Source: Lama guanicoe (Eukaryota). From it: a stretch of DNA of 64,000 nucleotides. The stretch is taken from positions 744,001-808,000 of the forward strand of contig MU054338.1 in assembly GCA_013239625.1 (NCBI GenBank), read 5' to 3'. A program made the translations under genes and the position numbers. The notes beneath the pieces were generated by a model. That model did no database searches. It saw nothing but the letters and a program-made list of their open reading frames with translations, and was not told where the DNA came from. Shown piece after piece: positions 34,986-46,000 of the stretch (its first letter is position 1; each line of letters begins with the position of its first letter).

Positions 34986-36039
34986 ATTTTTTTAAAAAAG
35001 AGCCCAAACTATATTCTGTGTACTGGGTACACCTGAATTGATGCTGGGATTAAAGTCAGGAACGTGTGTACAGAGACGATTTTGTCCCACGGGTTGCCCT
35101 GAGGTGGAAGGGAGGGAGTGAATGAGGAGGAGGGAAAAACAAGCCGTCTTGTTCATCTTTTAAAAAAGATCTGAATCAAACATGACAAAGACGCTAATAT
35201 GTGTTCATTTCAGTGTCAGGTACATGACTGCATGTTATTTTATCCCTGGTAGGTGTCTGTGTTTTTAAAAGTATATTATTTTAAACAGTTTGGGTCTGGC
35301 TTCCTTCATTTGAGCACATCCTGTCCATTTCACTCATACCTTTTGTGGTTCATTTATCCAGTGGATGGACATGTGGGTTGTTTCCAATTTTCTGCTCTTC
35401 TAATAGTGGGCTGTGAACATCCTGGGGCATGTCTGTCTGTCCCCACACTCAGGCCAGCATTTGGGGGTTGTTGAGCTTCCACTGATGGAAGGACAGTGCC
35501 GGCTGGCCCCCCAGTTTCTGAGGCACCCCATCACTCTATATGACTTAGCTTTTCTCCCGCACACTTATTTCCACGTGCCAGACTTACCCCACCCCCGGTA
35601 GGGAGCCTGCCCCGCCAAGTATTACTGATTTCTTTTGACCTGAAAAACTTTATGGAGTCCCCAGGGGGAGGACATAATGCCTGCCTGATGCCAACTAGGG
35701 CCACTCCTTTCTCCTTTGCTGAGCTTCCGTTTCTCACCTGCAAATGGGGAATAAGGAGTTGCTCTCCTCCAGTGGCTACTGTGAGCAATGAGACAGATGC
35801 CTACGTGCTTTGCCAACTGGAAAGTGGCCTAAGTCAGGTGTATTTTAAATGTTTTATTTTGCACTGTTTGCCGAAGACCTAGTTCCTTCACGCCTCACAT
35901 TCATTTAATTTTATGGGGAATACGTTATATCGTCAGGCCATCAAGAGGCTGAGAAAGTGAGCAGGAAATCGCCAGGCTGCCCAGACCCCCATCTGACACC
36001 ACACAGGTCAGCATCGCCTGTCGTCTGCGTAGACCTGGG

Positions 36040-36255
36040 TGTCTCCGCCTCGGGTGCTGGCGTGGAAAGCAGGTTATTCTCTGTTGTGGGGCCAGTCCTG
36101 CCCATTGTAGGATATTTAGCAGCATCCCTGGCCTCCACCCACTAGATGCCAGTAGCCATCCTCCCAGTGGTGACAACCAAAACCCGACCTGCAGACTTCG
36201 CTCAGTGTTTCCTGGGGGAGAGAAAGGCTGAATCACCCTGGATGAAAACCGCCGG
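36040..36255. mobile_element. MER20 DNA transposon fossil
   Basis: tgtaggatatttagcagcatccctggcctccacccactagatgccagtagc...gtgacaaccaaaa. Confidence 0.85.
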
Positions 36256-37009
36256 TGTGGACTAATGAGGGCAGGACAATATTTGGCACACGATAAGGAC
36301 TCAGTATGTTTCTATAACCACTGGATTTACAGCCAAATGTTGGATTTGATTCCAGTTCTTCCCCTGAGCGGGTGATCTTGGGCAGGTGATTGAACCTCTC
36401 TGACCGTCAGTATCTTCTTCTGGGAAACGAACGAAGCGCTGACGCCTCCCGCGACTCGGCGGGGTTCGGGCGTGGCCTCTGCCCACGGCTGACCCCACGT
36501 GTCTCGCCCGCTTCCCACGCAAGACCGAACAAGGAAGCCGCAGCCGCGCCTGCGCCCCGCGGCGCCTAGCCCCGAGCGCCTCGCCGCGCACGCCCCCTCG
36601 CGCACGCGCACGCACGTGGGCGCGCTCCCAGCCGCGGGGCGGGGCTGGCGCCGGAGCGCTGACTCCACTTCCCAGCATGCCCCGCGGCAACGCCTGCCGC
36701 CGCCGAGGAGGAAGACCGGCTCGTGGCGGCCGAGCTGCGGCAGCGCGGGTCCCGCCGCACGCACGCACGCAGCACGCACGCACGCGGGAGCACCCCTGAC
36801 CCCGCCCCCGGAGGCCCCGTGCGGGAGCGCGCCCGGGCGTGCGCAGGGCGGCGGCGCGGGCACGGGGGCGCGCGGTGACCGTTGGCGCTGAGGGGAGGAG
36901 GCAGCGCGGCCGCCGCCGTTGCGCAGATCCGGGCGGCTGCTGTGGGGAGGGTGCCGGGGCCAGTGACCTTCCGGAGGCGGGAGCGAGCCAGGGGGCCCGG
37001 ACGCCGAGC

Positions 37010-37039
37010 GCCGCTGCCGCCGCCGCCGCCGCCGCCGCC
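37010..37039 (+). repeat. (GCC)n trinucleotide tract abutting the DAZAP1 ATG
   Basis: gccgct(gcc)8 ATG. Confidence 0.9.
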
Positions 37040-37068
37040 ATGAACAACTCGGGCGCCGACGAGATCGG
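37040..37068 (+). CDS. DAZAP1: DAZAP1 exon 1
   Basis: gccgccATG MNNSGADEI|gtgagg. Confidence 0.95.
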
Positions 37069-40000
37069 GTGAGGACGCGCCGGCCCGCGCCGCCGCCTCG
37101 GCCGGCCCCCGCCCGGACCCGCCCGGCCCGTCAAGGTCACGCCGCGGGGCCGCGCCGGGCCGGCGGCCGGGGAGCCGGGGGCCGCGACCGGCCGGGGGCT
37201 TCTGGGAGTCCGGGCGCCCCGCCGCCTCATGGCTGGGAACCCCGAACGGGATCTGGGGAGCCCTGCGAGAGTCCATACGCCCCGCCGCCTCGTGGCTGGT
37301 GACCCTCAGCAGGAACTGGGGGAGTCTGGAGAGTCCTGGGAGTCCGGACGCCCCACCGCCTCGTAGCCGGGGACCCCGAGCGGGAACCGGGGGTTCCGGG
37401 GAGTCCTGAGGGCCTGGGAGCCCCGCTCCCTCGTGGCTGGGGACCCCCAGTGGGAACCGGGGGAATCTGGGGAGTCCTGAGGGTTCTGGCGCCCCGCTGC
37501 CTCGTGGCCTGGACCCTGAGCGAGAACCAGGGGATCTGGGGAGTCCTGGGGTCCGGACGTCTCGCCTTCCTGGCCAGGGACCCAGAGCGGGAACTTGTGG
37601 GTCAAGGGGGTGTCCTGGGGGCCCACGCGATTTCCTGCCTGAGGGAGACCCCACCACTGCCGTCCCCGAATTTCCCGCTGGGGGACCCTCGATCGGGAAC
37701 CTGCGGGCTCCGGGGTACCCTGTCCTCCCCTGCACCTGGATTTCCTGCTGGGGGACCCGGAAGCATCCCGGTGCCGTATTTCTCGGGGACTTCGAACAAT
37801 AACTTAGGGGGTCCGGGGCGCCCCCAGGCCTTGCGCGAACTTGGCAGGTCGGCGGATGTGGCGCGCCTGCTGACGGGTTCCATTTCTGCTGCTGCCCAAC
37901 TTCTCCCGGCCGGTACTCCCAGCGACAGCCCCCTCCTCCATTCACTCTGTCCTCCCAAGTGAAGGTTTGCAAACCGAAGGCCGAGGGCCAAGGTTACGGG
38001 GGCCGGTCCCAGGTCTGCATCCGGAGCACTCCGCGGGGTCCACCATCTCAGCGCACCCGAGTCCCCTGATGGGGCATCTGCAACTGCTGTTTTTATGTTG
38101 CTAGAGCTTCTTCCTGCTCAGCCCCCACCGCACCCTTATGGGTGAGTTTAAGATAAAGAGAAAGGGAAACTCCAGTGGTGGACAGAATAGGCTCCTTTCC
38201 GAGGTCTTTCTCTTTGGTGCAGCTATTAGCGAGAGAACGTTTGTTACAGCTAAGTTTTCCCTGTTAATTATAGTCTTCCCTAATTCTAAATGAGCTGGAG
38301 ATGAGAGAAGTGATCCCAGAGGAGCCAGAGAACCCAATTCTGCCCCAGTCTCGGGGTTTGGTCTAGTTTTCTTTGTGGAGACTGTCTTACAGCATCAGAG
38401 TAATTTTACAGTTAAATTCTTCCACGAAGATGGCACAACTGCCTGGGCTTGGTTTCCGTGGCCTTGTGTACATTTCTCAGTGCGCTTAGCTTTGAACAGA
38501 TGCCGTGTTTACAAAATGCTTGATTTGGTGAGTAAGTCATTGTTTGCTGGTGGGTGGCCGGCCTCCCTGGGCCCCTGCCTGGCTCCAGCTGCAGGTTACA
38601 CCAGAAGACATAAAACACATTTTGTGAGCTCACCCCTCCAAAACCCCCACACCATTGAGAGGACTGGGAGGAAGGCATTTAGCTCCTAGCCTGGTTTGTT
38701 TTAGGAGACAGGTCCAGGCACTAGAAGTCTGAGTTGTGTGTTAGATAAAGGAAAAGTTGCAGCATTTCCAAGGGGAAACTAGGAAGTGAGGGGAAAGAGA
38801 GCTCCGCCCAAAGGGGACGGAATCTTAGGGGGAGTTAGCGCCCCCCCCCGAGATGGGGACCTGTCTTTCTGGGGAGCCTTTCAAGAGGCAGGTTCCTTTG
38901 GGCCTGGGCTGCCTTTCCCCTCGCCTGGGAAGGAAGGGAGCCTCCAGGTCCACAAGGCTGCCCCTCGGTGTGTCCTCAAGGAGACAGTCCTCTGTTGCCT
39001 GGCATTTCACCCCAACTTGTACTGACTCTGGGAGATGGTGGAGCCAGGATCTGAGGCTGGGTCTGGAGGGTCCCACCCTCAGCGCTGGAGCCCCAGGCAA
39101 CTTGGGGAGGCCGTGAAGCAGGTAGCAGAACCAGGATCTGGATGAGGGACCTGCCTGGCTACATTCCCCTCCCCACCCTGGCGAATGTACCCAGATTAGC
39201 TTAGTTTTAAAGTTGTCTCAGGTGTCCCAGAAACTTTTTATTGCTTTGCCCAAAAGCATCGACTGGTTTCCATTTTATTAGGAGCCTTGTTTGTGTGTGA
39301 TGTGGGAAGTCCAGGCCCGCCCTGTAGTTGAGCTTGTGTGGGCTCCATGGTGGCCCTCTCGGGGTTCCTAGGAGAGACCACAGTTGCTGGCTTCAGGGCC
39401 GTCACCATGCGGGAGTGTGTGGTGTGCAGATGAGGCGATAGCCAGCGGTACTGGGCCGTGATGGTGGGGGTAATCTCTGACGACACCCACCTGCACCTCA
39501 CAGCTCCTTTGCTTTGGGGTCTGGTCACCCCCCCCCTCCCCTGGTGGAGACCTATGTCCTCAGGAAGTGTGTGGATGCGGGGGGGCATCCCACTGGCAGG
39601 GTGTGCTTTGGAGTTTGAGTCTCTGAGGAAGAGGTTCTTGCCCCTTCTCTTTTGTGGTGTCTTGGCTGTAGCAGAGCTGCCTCGGTGATCAGCGTGGACT
39701 CTGAGTGGAGAACAGGGTTGGCGAGATCACTCCTTCCTTTAACGGAGAGAGGAGGTATTTACGTATTTAACGGACTGGGAATTGAACCCAGGACCTCGTG
39801 CGGGCTAAGCACGTGCTCTACCACTGAGCTAAAGCACCCCCCAGACCACTGCTTTTAGATTACGTTTCAGCGCCCTCGGTATCACAGTCTCCACTGAAGC
39901 AGAGCCAGGGCGGGGCTTGAGGGCAGGGGTCAATGGGAGCAGCTGTCACATGTGACCTCGCGGAATCCACGTGCAGATGTCCTCAGTCCTGGGCCACCTG

Positions 40001-43000
40001 GCTGGACAGGCACTCACCTTGCTGGGGGCTGGGGAGCAGCCAGGGTTTCTTCCTGTTCTGTGGTCTTGGACAGTCCACTTAAGTAGAGGTCCCCTGACTC
40101 AGATCTTGGGAACTGACGCCCGCGTGGCCTCTCCGAGAACCCCACGGTGCCCACCAGGGAGCTGGTGAGACAGGGACACCTGGATGAGACTGAGGGGCCG
40201 CCCCAGGGAGAGGAAGGACCCGGCAGAGGGAAGGGAAGCAGCAGTGGAAGAGGCAGGGAGATGCGGTGCGTCCGAGGCCACAGACGCAGGGAAATGGTGA
40301 CCTCGGGGCCACAGATCCCAAGTGCTGACTCCATGGGGGCCGGTGGCTATGTGGTGCTCTGCTGACTTCAGCATGTGGATTTGTCCTGAGGTGGAGTGCG
40401 TGGGTCCTGCGTGGCCACGGCCCCTTCTGGAATGGTTGACTGCAGAGGTGTAGGACGCCGACAGCCCTCTGTGGAGCTCTGGCTGGGCCTGGAAGGGCGG
40501 AGACCAGGGGCACACAGGACCTGACTTGCTAAGGGCCTGTTTGTGTGAGCGCCCCAGGAGGCGGGTGGGGTCCCTGTTCAGTTCCGAGAGGGTGGAGACG
40601 CTGCTGTCAGAGGCTCATCTTTTAACTTTGGGGCTGTCCTGGGCCAGTATCTCCCCTTCAGCATGGCCGACGTTCGGGGCCATCCAGGCACCTTGGGTGT
40701 GGAGCATCCCCGCCCCTACCCCTTCGATGCCGGTACCCCCCCAGTCGTGACAATCACAGACGTCCCCAGACGTGACAGAGTGTCCCCCCAGCTGCCATCC
40801 CCTGTTTGGAACTTTGCTTTTTCAGGCACTTGCTCCCGGAGTTCAGGACGTGTCCCAGGGCTGGCTGCCCCTGGGAGGTGGGCAGTGATGTTGGGAGGTG
40901 TTCTGCTGGACTCCTGTCTGGGTCCTGCTGCTGCAGTGGGCCCAGCAGCTTAATGCTGTGGTGCGCCCTCCCGACCCAGCAGCTGTGAGGAGCGGTCCCC
41001 GGTGAAAACCCTTCCTTTTGGCAGGGCAGAGGGAAGCTTGGAGGGGTCAAGACTGTCCCTCTGTGTCACTCTCATGATGGCTGGGCCAGAGCAGGGAGCC
41101 CTGCGGGTCGGAGTCAGTGTTTTCCACATGGGGGCAGCACCGCTGCCAGCCGTCCGCCTTCTCCGGTCGCGTCTGGGCAGAAGGCCACTCATCTGACCCA
41201 GGCCCCGGCTGGTTCTGGGTTGGGTGGGGAGCACCCTGATTGTGCCTGGGAGGCGTGGGAAGCCTGCGCTCCTCCCATGGGCTCTTCTTGAGTGCGGGGC
41301 GGCCCCCGCCGCTGTTGAAGCCTGGTGAGCTTAGCTGCTGGCCTGAGGGAAGCCAGGGCTGCAAGGTCAGGGGCCAGTGTGGGCAGGCTTTGGGGTGAGA
41401 CCCCTGCCCCAACAGCTGCCTTCGGGGCTTCCTGTCTGTCACGGTAGAAGGGCCTGGAAGTGGGGCCACACATGGGAAGATGAGGCCTGGCGAGCCCTGC
41501 TGGGGTCAGAGGTGCGAGCGCTGGCCTTTAAGCAGAAAGGGGTCCAGCCCCTTCTGCACATCCTCCCGTGCGAAGCCGCCAGCCTGCAGTGCTGCCAGGG
41601 CAGGGCCCGCTGCGGCTGCATGGGCAGAGACGCCGCTGAGGATTTGGTTTCCGGTAGAAAAACACCACGTGGAGCTTAAGTGCTTGGAGCAAGAGCAGGA
41701 TGGTCATCCAAGCCAGACTTCAGGTTCAGCAGGCGGAGAGGGGGAGTATGTCCTGGAGCCTGGAGCCCGGTCACTTCTGCAGAGCCCCCCTGGGAGGAGG
41801 TCACCGACCCCAGCTGTTGAGGTGCAGGCCCTGGGATCCAGCAAGCTGATCGCAGACCAGCTCTTGTGGGTCCCCTGGGTGGTGGCATTGCTTGTTTACT
41901 GAGTAGGATCCTGACTGGGTCACCAGAGGTGGACGGGCTCGGAGGTCCCCTCAGGGTTTGTCGGGTGTGGGGTCTGTGGGATCTCTGAGTAAAGACTGGC
42001 ACCCTTCAGCGCAGGGAAGGCTAGAGCAGGCAGCCACGTGTGGCAGCTGACCGCTCACCTGCGGAGTCGTGTGTGAACGCAGCATCACCGCGCTAACCGG
42101 GTGCCCAGCTGTCTGTCTGGGTGCCCCTGCAAATGTGTGCGGCCGCGTTAGCCAGGGTGGCCCTGTGGCTGGGGCAGCAGTGCAGCCCCGTCTGGCTCTT
42201 CCTGTCAGGAGGCCCTGAGTCTCTGGACACAGTCCCTGCCACCAGGAGTCAGTGGGGTCTCCTGGGGACTTCCGGAACCTTCCGTCTGCAGTCCAGGGAG
42301 CAGGAGGAAAGGAAATAAAAGCTTGTGAAGCGGTCAGCACAGCGTTGGCTGGGGCTCCGTGGCTCCTCCCGTGTTGAGGAGCTGTGTCCCGTAAACCTGT
42401 CTCAGGGGCCGCATGCTGATGGGTCTGAGAGGAAGCCTCCATCCCGGCATTTCCTCACTGATGAGCCACCTTCACCCTAGAGTGGCTATAACTTGAGACT
42501 TAGAGGTCAGTGACAAGAACAGCAGCCCGGTGCCCGTGTCCTCACACAGCAGCCAGCGTTCTGCCCGTCCGGGTGCCCTCTCACCGTGCCTCTTCCAGGG
42601 GAAGCCAGCCCGTCAACACCTCTGTGCAGGCGCGTCCACAGGTCCTGAGAGCCCAGCACAGCGGTGCCGTCCGGAAAGTCGGTGGCAGCGCCGCATCGTC
42701 CGTTCTGCGGGACAGGCTCTGGTTTTGTCGATTGCAAGGTTGATGACGTTTCTAGTCCTTTCGCCTTAATGCTTGATTTCGAAATTTCAATGAGGGCTGG
42801 AACCTGGACTGGTCAGACCAGTTCCTTCCTCCACTGTGGCCGGTGGGGATTGGGTTGCTTGGAGAGACACCTGTTTCTGACCTTCTTGTTTGGTGGGACT
42901 CAGGCCTAAGCAGAGGCTGGTACTCCTCCAAGTGAATTGGAGTTTGTTTTGGTTTTGGTTTTTGAGAGTGCTTGAGGCCTCTTTTTTCTACTCCAAGCTG

Positions 43001-46000
43001 CTTTTCCACAGCAAGCCCTCTGTTTCCGTGCCGAAGGCCTGGCCAGAGCAGCAGTCCCTTGGTGGCACCAGCCAGCCTCAGGGCCCTTCTGTTGTGGGCC
43101 CTCCTGGGCGTCAGGTCCACTCCCTGGGGTCATGAGGAGGTAGGAGGAGGCCTGGCCAGATTTCGAGAGTGTGTAGGAGACTGGACGTGAAGTTAGTGAG
43201 GCCCAAGTGTGAGCCTCCCCTGCTGCCTGGTGGGTTCAGCCCCTGGAACTGGTCCTTACAGAGCGCCTTCCAGGGCCCTGGGAGTTTGGCCTCAGGCAGG
43301 CGTGTGGGGCCACCTCATGGGGTCTGTCCTCGGGTGCAGGGCAGGGCACCCTGTCTGGCGGCTCTCTCGGTGGCTTGGGGCTCAGTGCACCTGGCCCTGA
43401 GGGCATTTTATCTTCTAGCTGAAGGAGGTGTGGTTAGCTGTGCAGGGGGCCTGGGCCCCCCGCACTGGCATCTGATGACCCACTGGTTTGCACCAGGAGC
43501 CCCGAGGGTGACGCTGCTGTGTCCCTTTTCCGGGGGAAGCAGGCAGGAGGGAGGGCTGCCGCCCCATCGCTGGCCCTGGGGTGCGGGGCCTGCGTCCCAG
43601 CTGCGAGGGGTGCCAGAGTGCACGTGGGTGCGGTCCCGAGTGGGGCTGGGACAGCCACAGCGCACGGGGCTCCCCCGCTCACCTGGGCTCAAAGAGTTGC
43701 AGGCAGTGGGAGGGCTCCGTGGGCTGCAGAGACAGCGGAAGGTGTCCTTTCAAACATGCTGGTCCATCTGCCTGAAAGGCCACCCTGCTGAGTCTGCTCC
43801 AGGGACCTTCCCAGGGATTCATGTGTCCTTACTCACCACCACATGGCGGGTATCTGAGGCCTAGCCCTCAGGCCCCCACCCGCACTGTCCTAGCTTGCTA
43901 TGTGCCATCCCAGACCTGTTCCCAGAGTGGTCCGGGGGCCTGCCCCGTAGTCTTGCGCTGGAGCTGGCGTGGTTGGGGGCGCCCGTCGTTCTCTTGCAGG
44001 ACCCCATTTTGTTACGATGACAAAGGTCGGCATGCCTGTGCGATTTTGGACATGATAACCCTCACTTCCCACTGTTTTGGCACATCTTGGAGTCATTTTT
44101 CACATCTTCTGCTGGCAAGGCCTGGCCAGGCGATAACCAAGGCGGGCACATCACGGCCCTGCCCTAGACCTGAGTCCTCCGGGACCGCTGTCGGATGGGC
44201 CAGATGGGCGGCACTTGGGCAGAACCGCCTTGGTCCTCAACATTTTCTTGTTGAATTGCAGGAAGCTGTTCGTGGGCGGCCTTGACTGGAGTACCACCCA
44301 AGGTAGGTGCGGATGGGCTATGGGCTGGTGACCTTGGTCTTCAAGTTGTGTGAATTTGTTTTTTAATTCTCAACTGATTTGATTGGTTTCTGGGATGCAA
44401 CATTTGATCAGGAGTTGGCTGGGACAGAGAGTGGTCCTTGGCCTTGGAGCTGGATCTTGTCCTAATGTTTCACGGCAGAGTTGAGGGAGGACGTCAGGGG
44501 CAGGCTCCCAGCTCAGGGTGGAGGCAGAGGACTGGTGGTGTGTGGAGGGTGCAGTGAGGTGGGCTAGGGGTTGACAAGGGGCGAGGGGCAGGTGTCGCTG
44601 AGTTCCGACCCTCAGAGGAAGAAATTTGTGATTGGCGGCCTTGGGAGGCCTTGGAAGTCATCCTCCTGCCCCTTCCTTTGGCTGGCTGGCCCCTCCCCTC
44701 ATGCAGCCTTCCCCTTCCAGCCGCGCCCCCAGCAACTGATTGGCCAGTTTAAAGGTTCCTGGTTCCCCACCTTCCAGGCCAGGCTGAGGGACCAGGGGAG
44801 CATTTGTGTGCGCGCTGGCTGTGACCCGTCTTAACCCTGTGGCACGTTTGTCTGTCCCGCTTTCCGAGCAGAGACCCTGCGCAGCTACTTCTCCCAGTAT
44901 GGAGAGGTCGTGGACTGCGTGATCATGAAGGACAAGACCACCAACCAGTCTCGAGGCTTTGGGTTTGTCAAATTCAAAGACCCCAACTGCGTGGGCACGG
45001 TGCTGGCCAGCAGACCGCACACCCTTGATGGCCGAAACGTGAGTGTCCATACCTGAACGAGGCTCCCACCGCCCTTCCGTGTGTCCTTCCTCTGCTTCCC
45101 TCTGTCCCCATGCTCTGGTGGCGTCTGTGTCATGGACTGCTTCCCAGTGGGGTTGGTTGAGGAGGGTCAAGGCTTGGGCGTGGGTGGGGTGTGGACGGAA
45201 AGTGTGCACCTGGCTGCTGCCACTCACCCCTGTTTCTGGGGGAAACAGCCTCCTGTTCACAACTGGCTCCTTTGAAACTTCCACAGATCGACCCAAAGCC
45301 ATGTACACCTCGGGGGATGCAGCCGGAGAGGACGCGGCCGAAGGAAGGATGGGTAAGGGGCTGGGGGCTCCTCCCCCTGGGGGCTTCCACAGCCACCATT
45401 TGGAGGAAATAGGTGCCTTTGGTCTGGTGTTTTTGCTCATTAAAATGGAGAGGGACAGAAGGTCTTCTAGTTCCACGTTGCAGCGGCTGAGAATTGCTCA
45501 GATTTGTTCAGCATTGAAAGTTTTTTTATCTCGTAGCCAAGAAGATTCTCATCAGTCTACCTTAAAAATAACAGCTTACACCCGTTTGTCGTCAGGAACC
45601 TTCCATTTCATCCTCACTGCCTGCTCTCCACTGGCCCAGCTGCTCAGGCGCCCTCTCTACCCCAACTCAGCTCTCCTTGGTGACCCAGCTGAGCTCGGTT
45701 CCCCACCCCTCCACGTGTCCCGCTCTGTGGACTGCTCCCCCCAGGGCTGTGTCCCACCGCCGGGTCCCTGAGCAACTAAGCTCACAGCCCAGCTTGGGGA
45801 TTCTCTGTGAGCTGTGTGTGGCACCTGCTGCTCAGCCAGCTGGAGCAGGGCCCTCCCACAGCCCCCACCCCGGCACCTAAAGTGAGCCGGGTGGGAGGCT
45901 GTTGAGGTGCTCGTCTTGGCCCACCACGCAGGTCTGATCAGCCGGCTGGGCCTGGGAACCTGCATTCCTAGCGGATTCCCAGCTGCTGCTGGTGGACAGG

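Larger units (their letters stand above)
36430..37200 (+). promoter_or_regulatory. DAZAP1 CpG-island promoter with ZNF143/SBS motif and E-box
   Basis: Very CpG-rich; gactccacttcccagcatgccccgcg 36661-36686 (ZNF143-type); CACGTG 36613-36618; (GCAC)n tracts. Confidence 0.75.

Noticed and set aside
37195-37620. Regularly spaced repeats resembling a CRISPR array
   Set aside because: Mammalian DNA; whole units are homologous with no unique spacers and no cas genes
36301-37972. Long minus-strand ORFs (468 aa, 309 aa) antisense to DAZAP1 exon 1
   Set aside because: Stop-poor CpG island plus minisatellite; Pro/Gly/Arg/Ala-biased with no recognisable domain
39744-39842. tRNA-like sequences here and at 60925-61004
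   Set aside because: Cloverleaf degenerate, with SINE body and A-rich tail; these are SINEs, not tRNA genes
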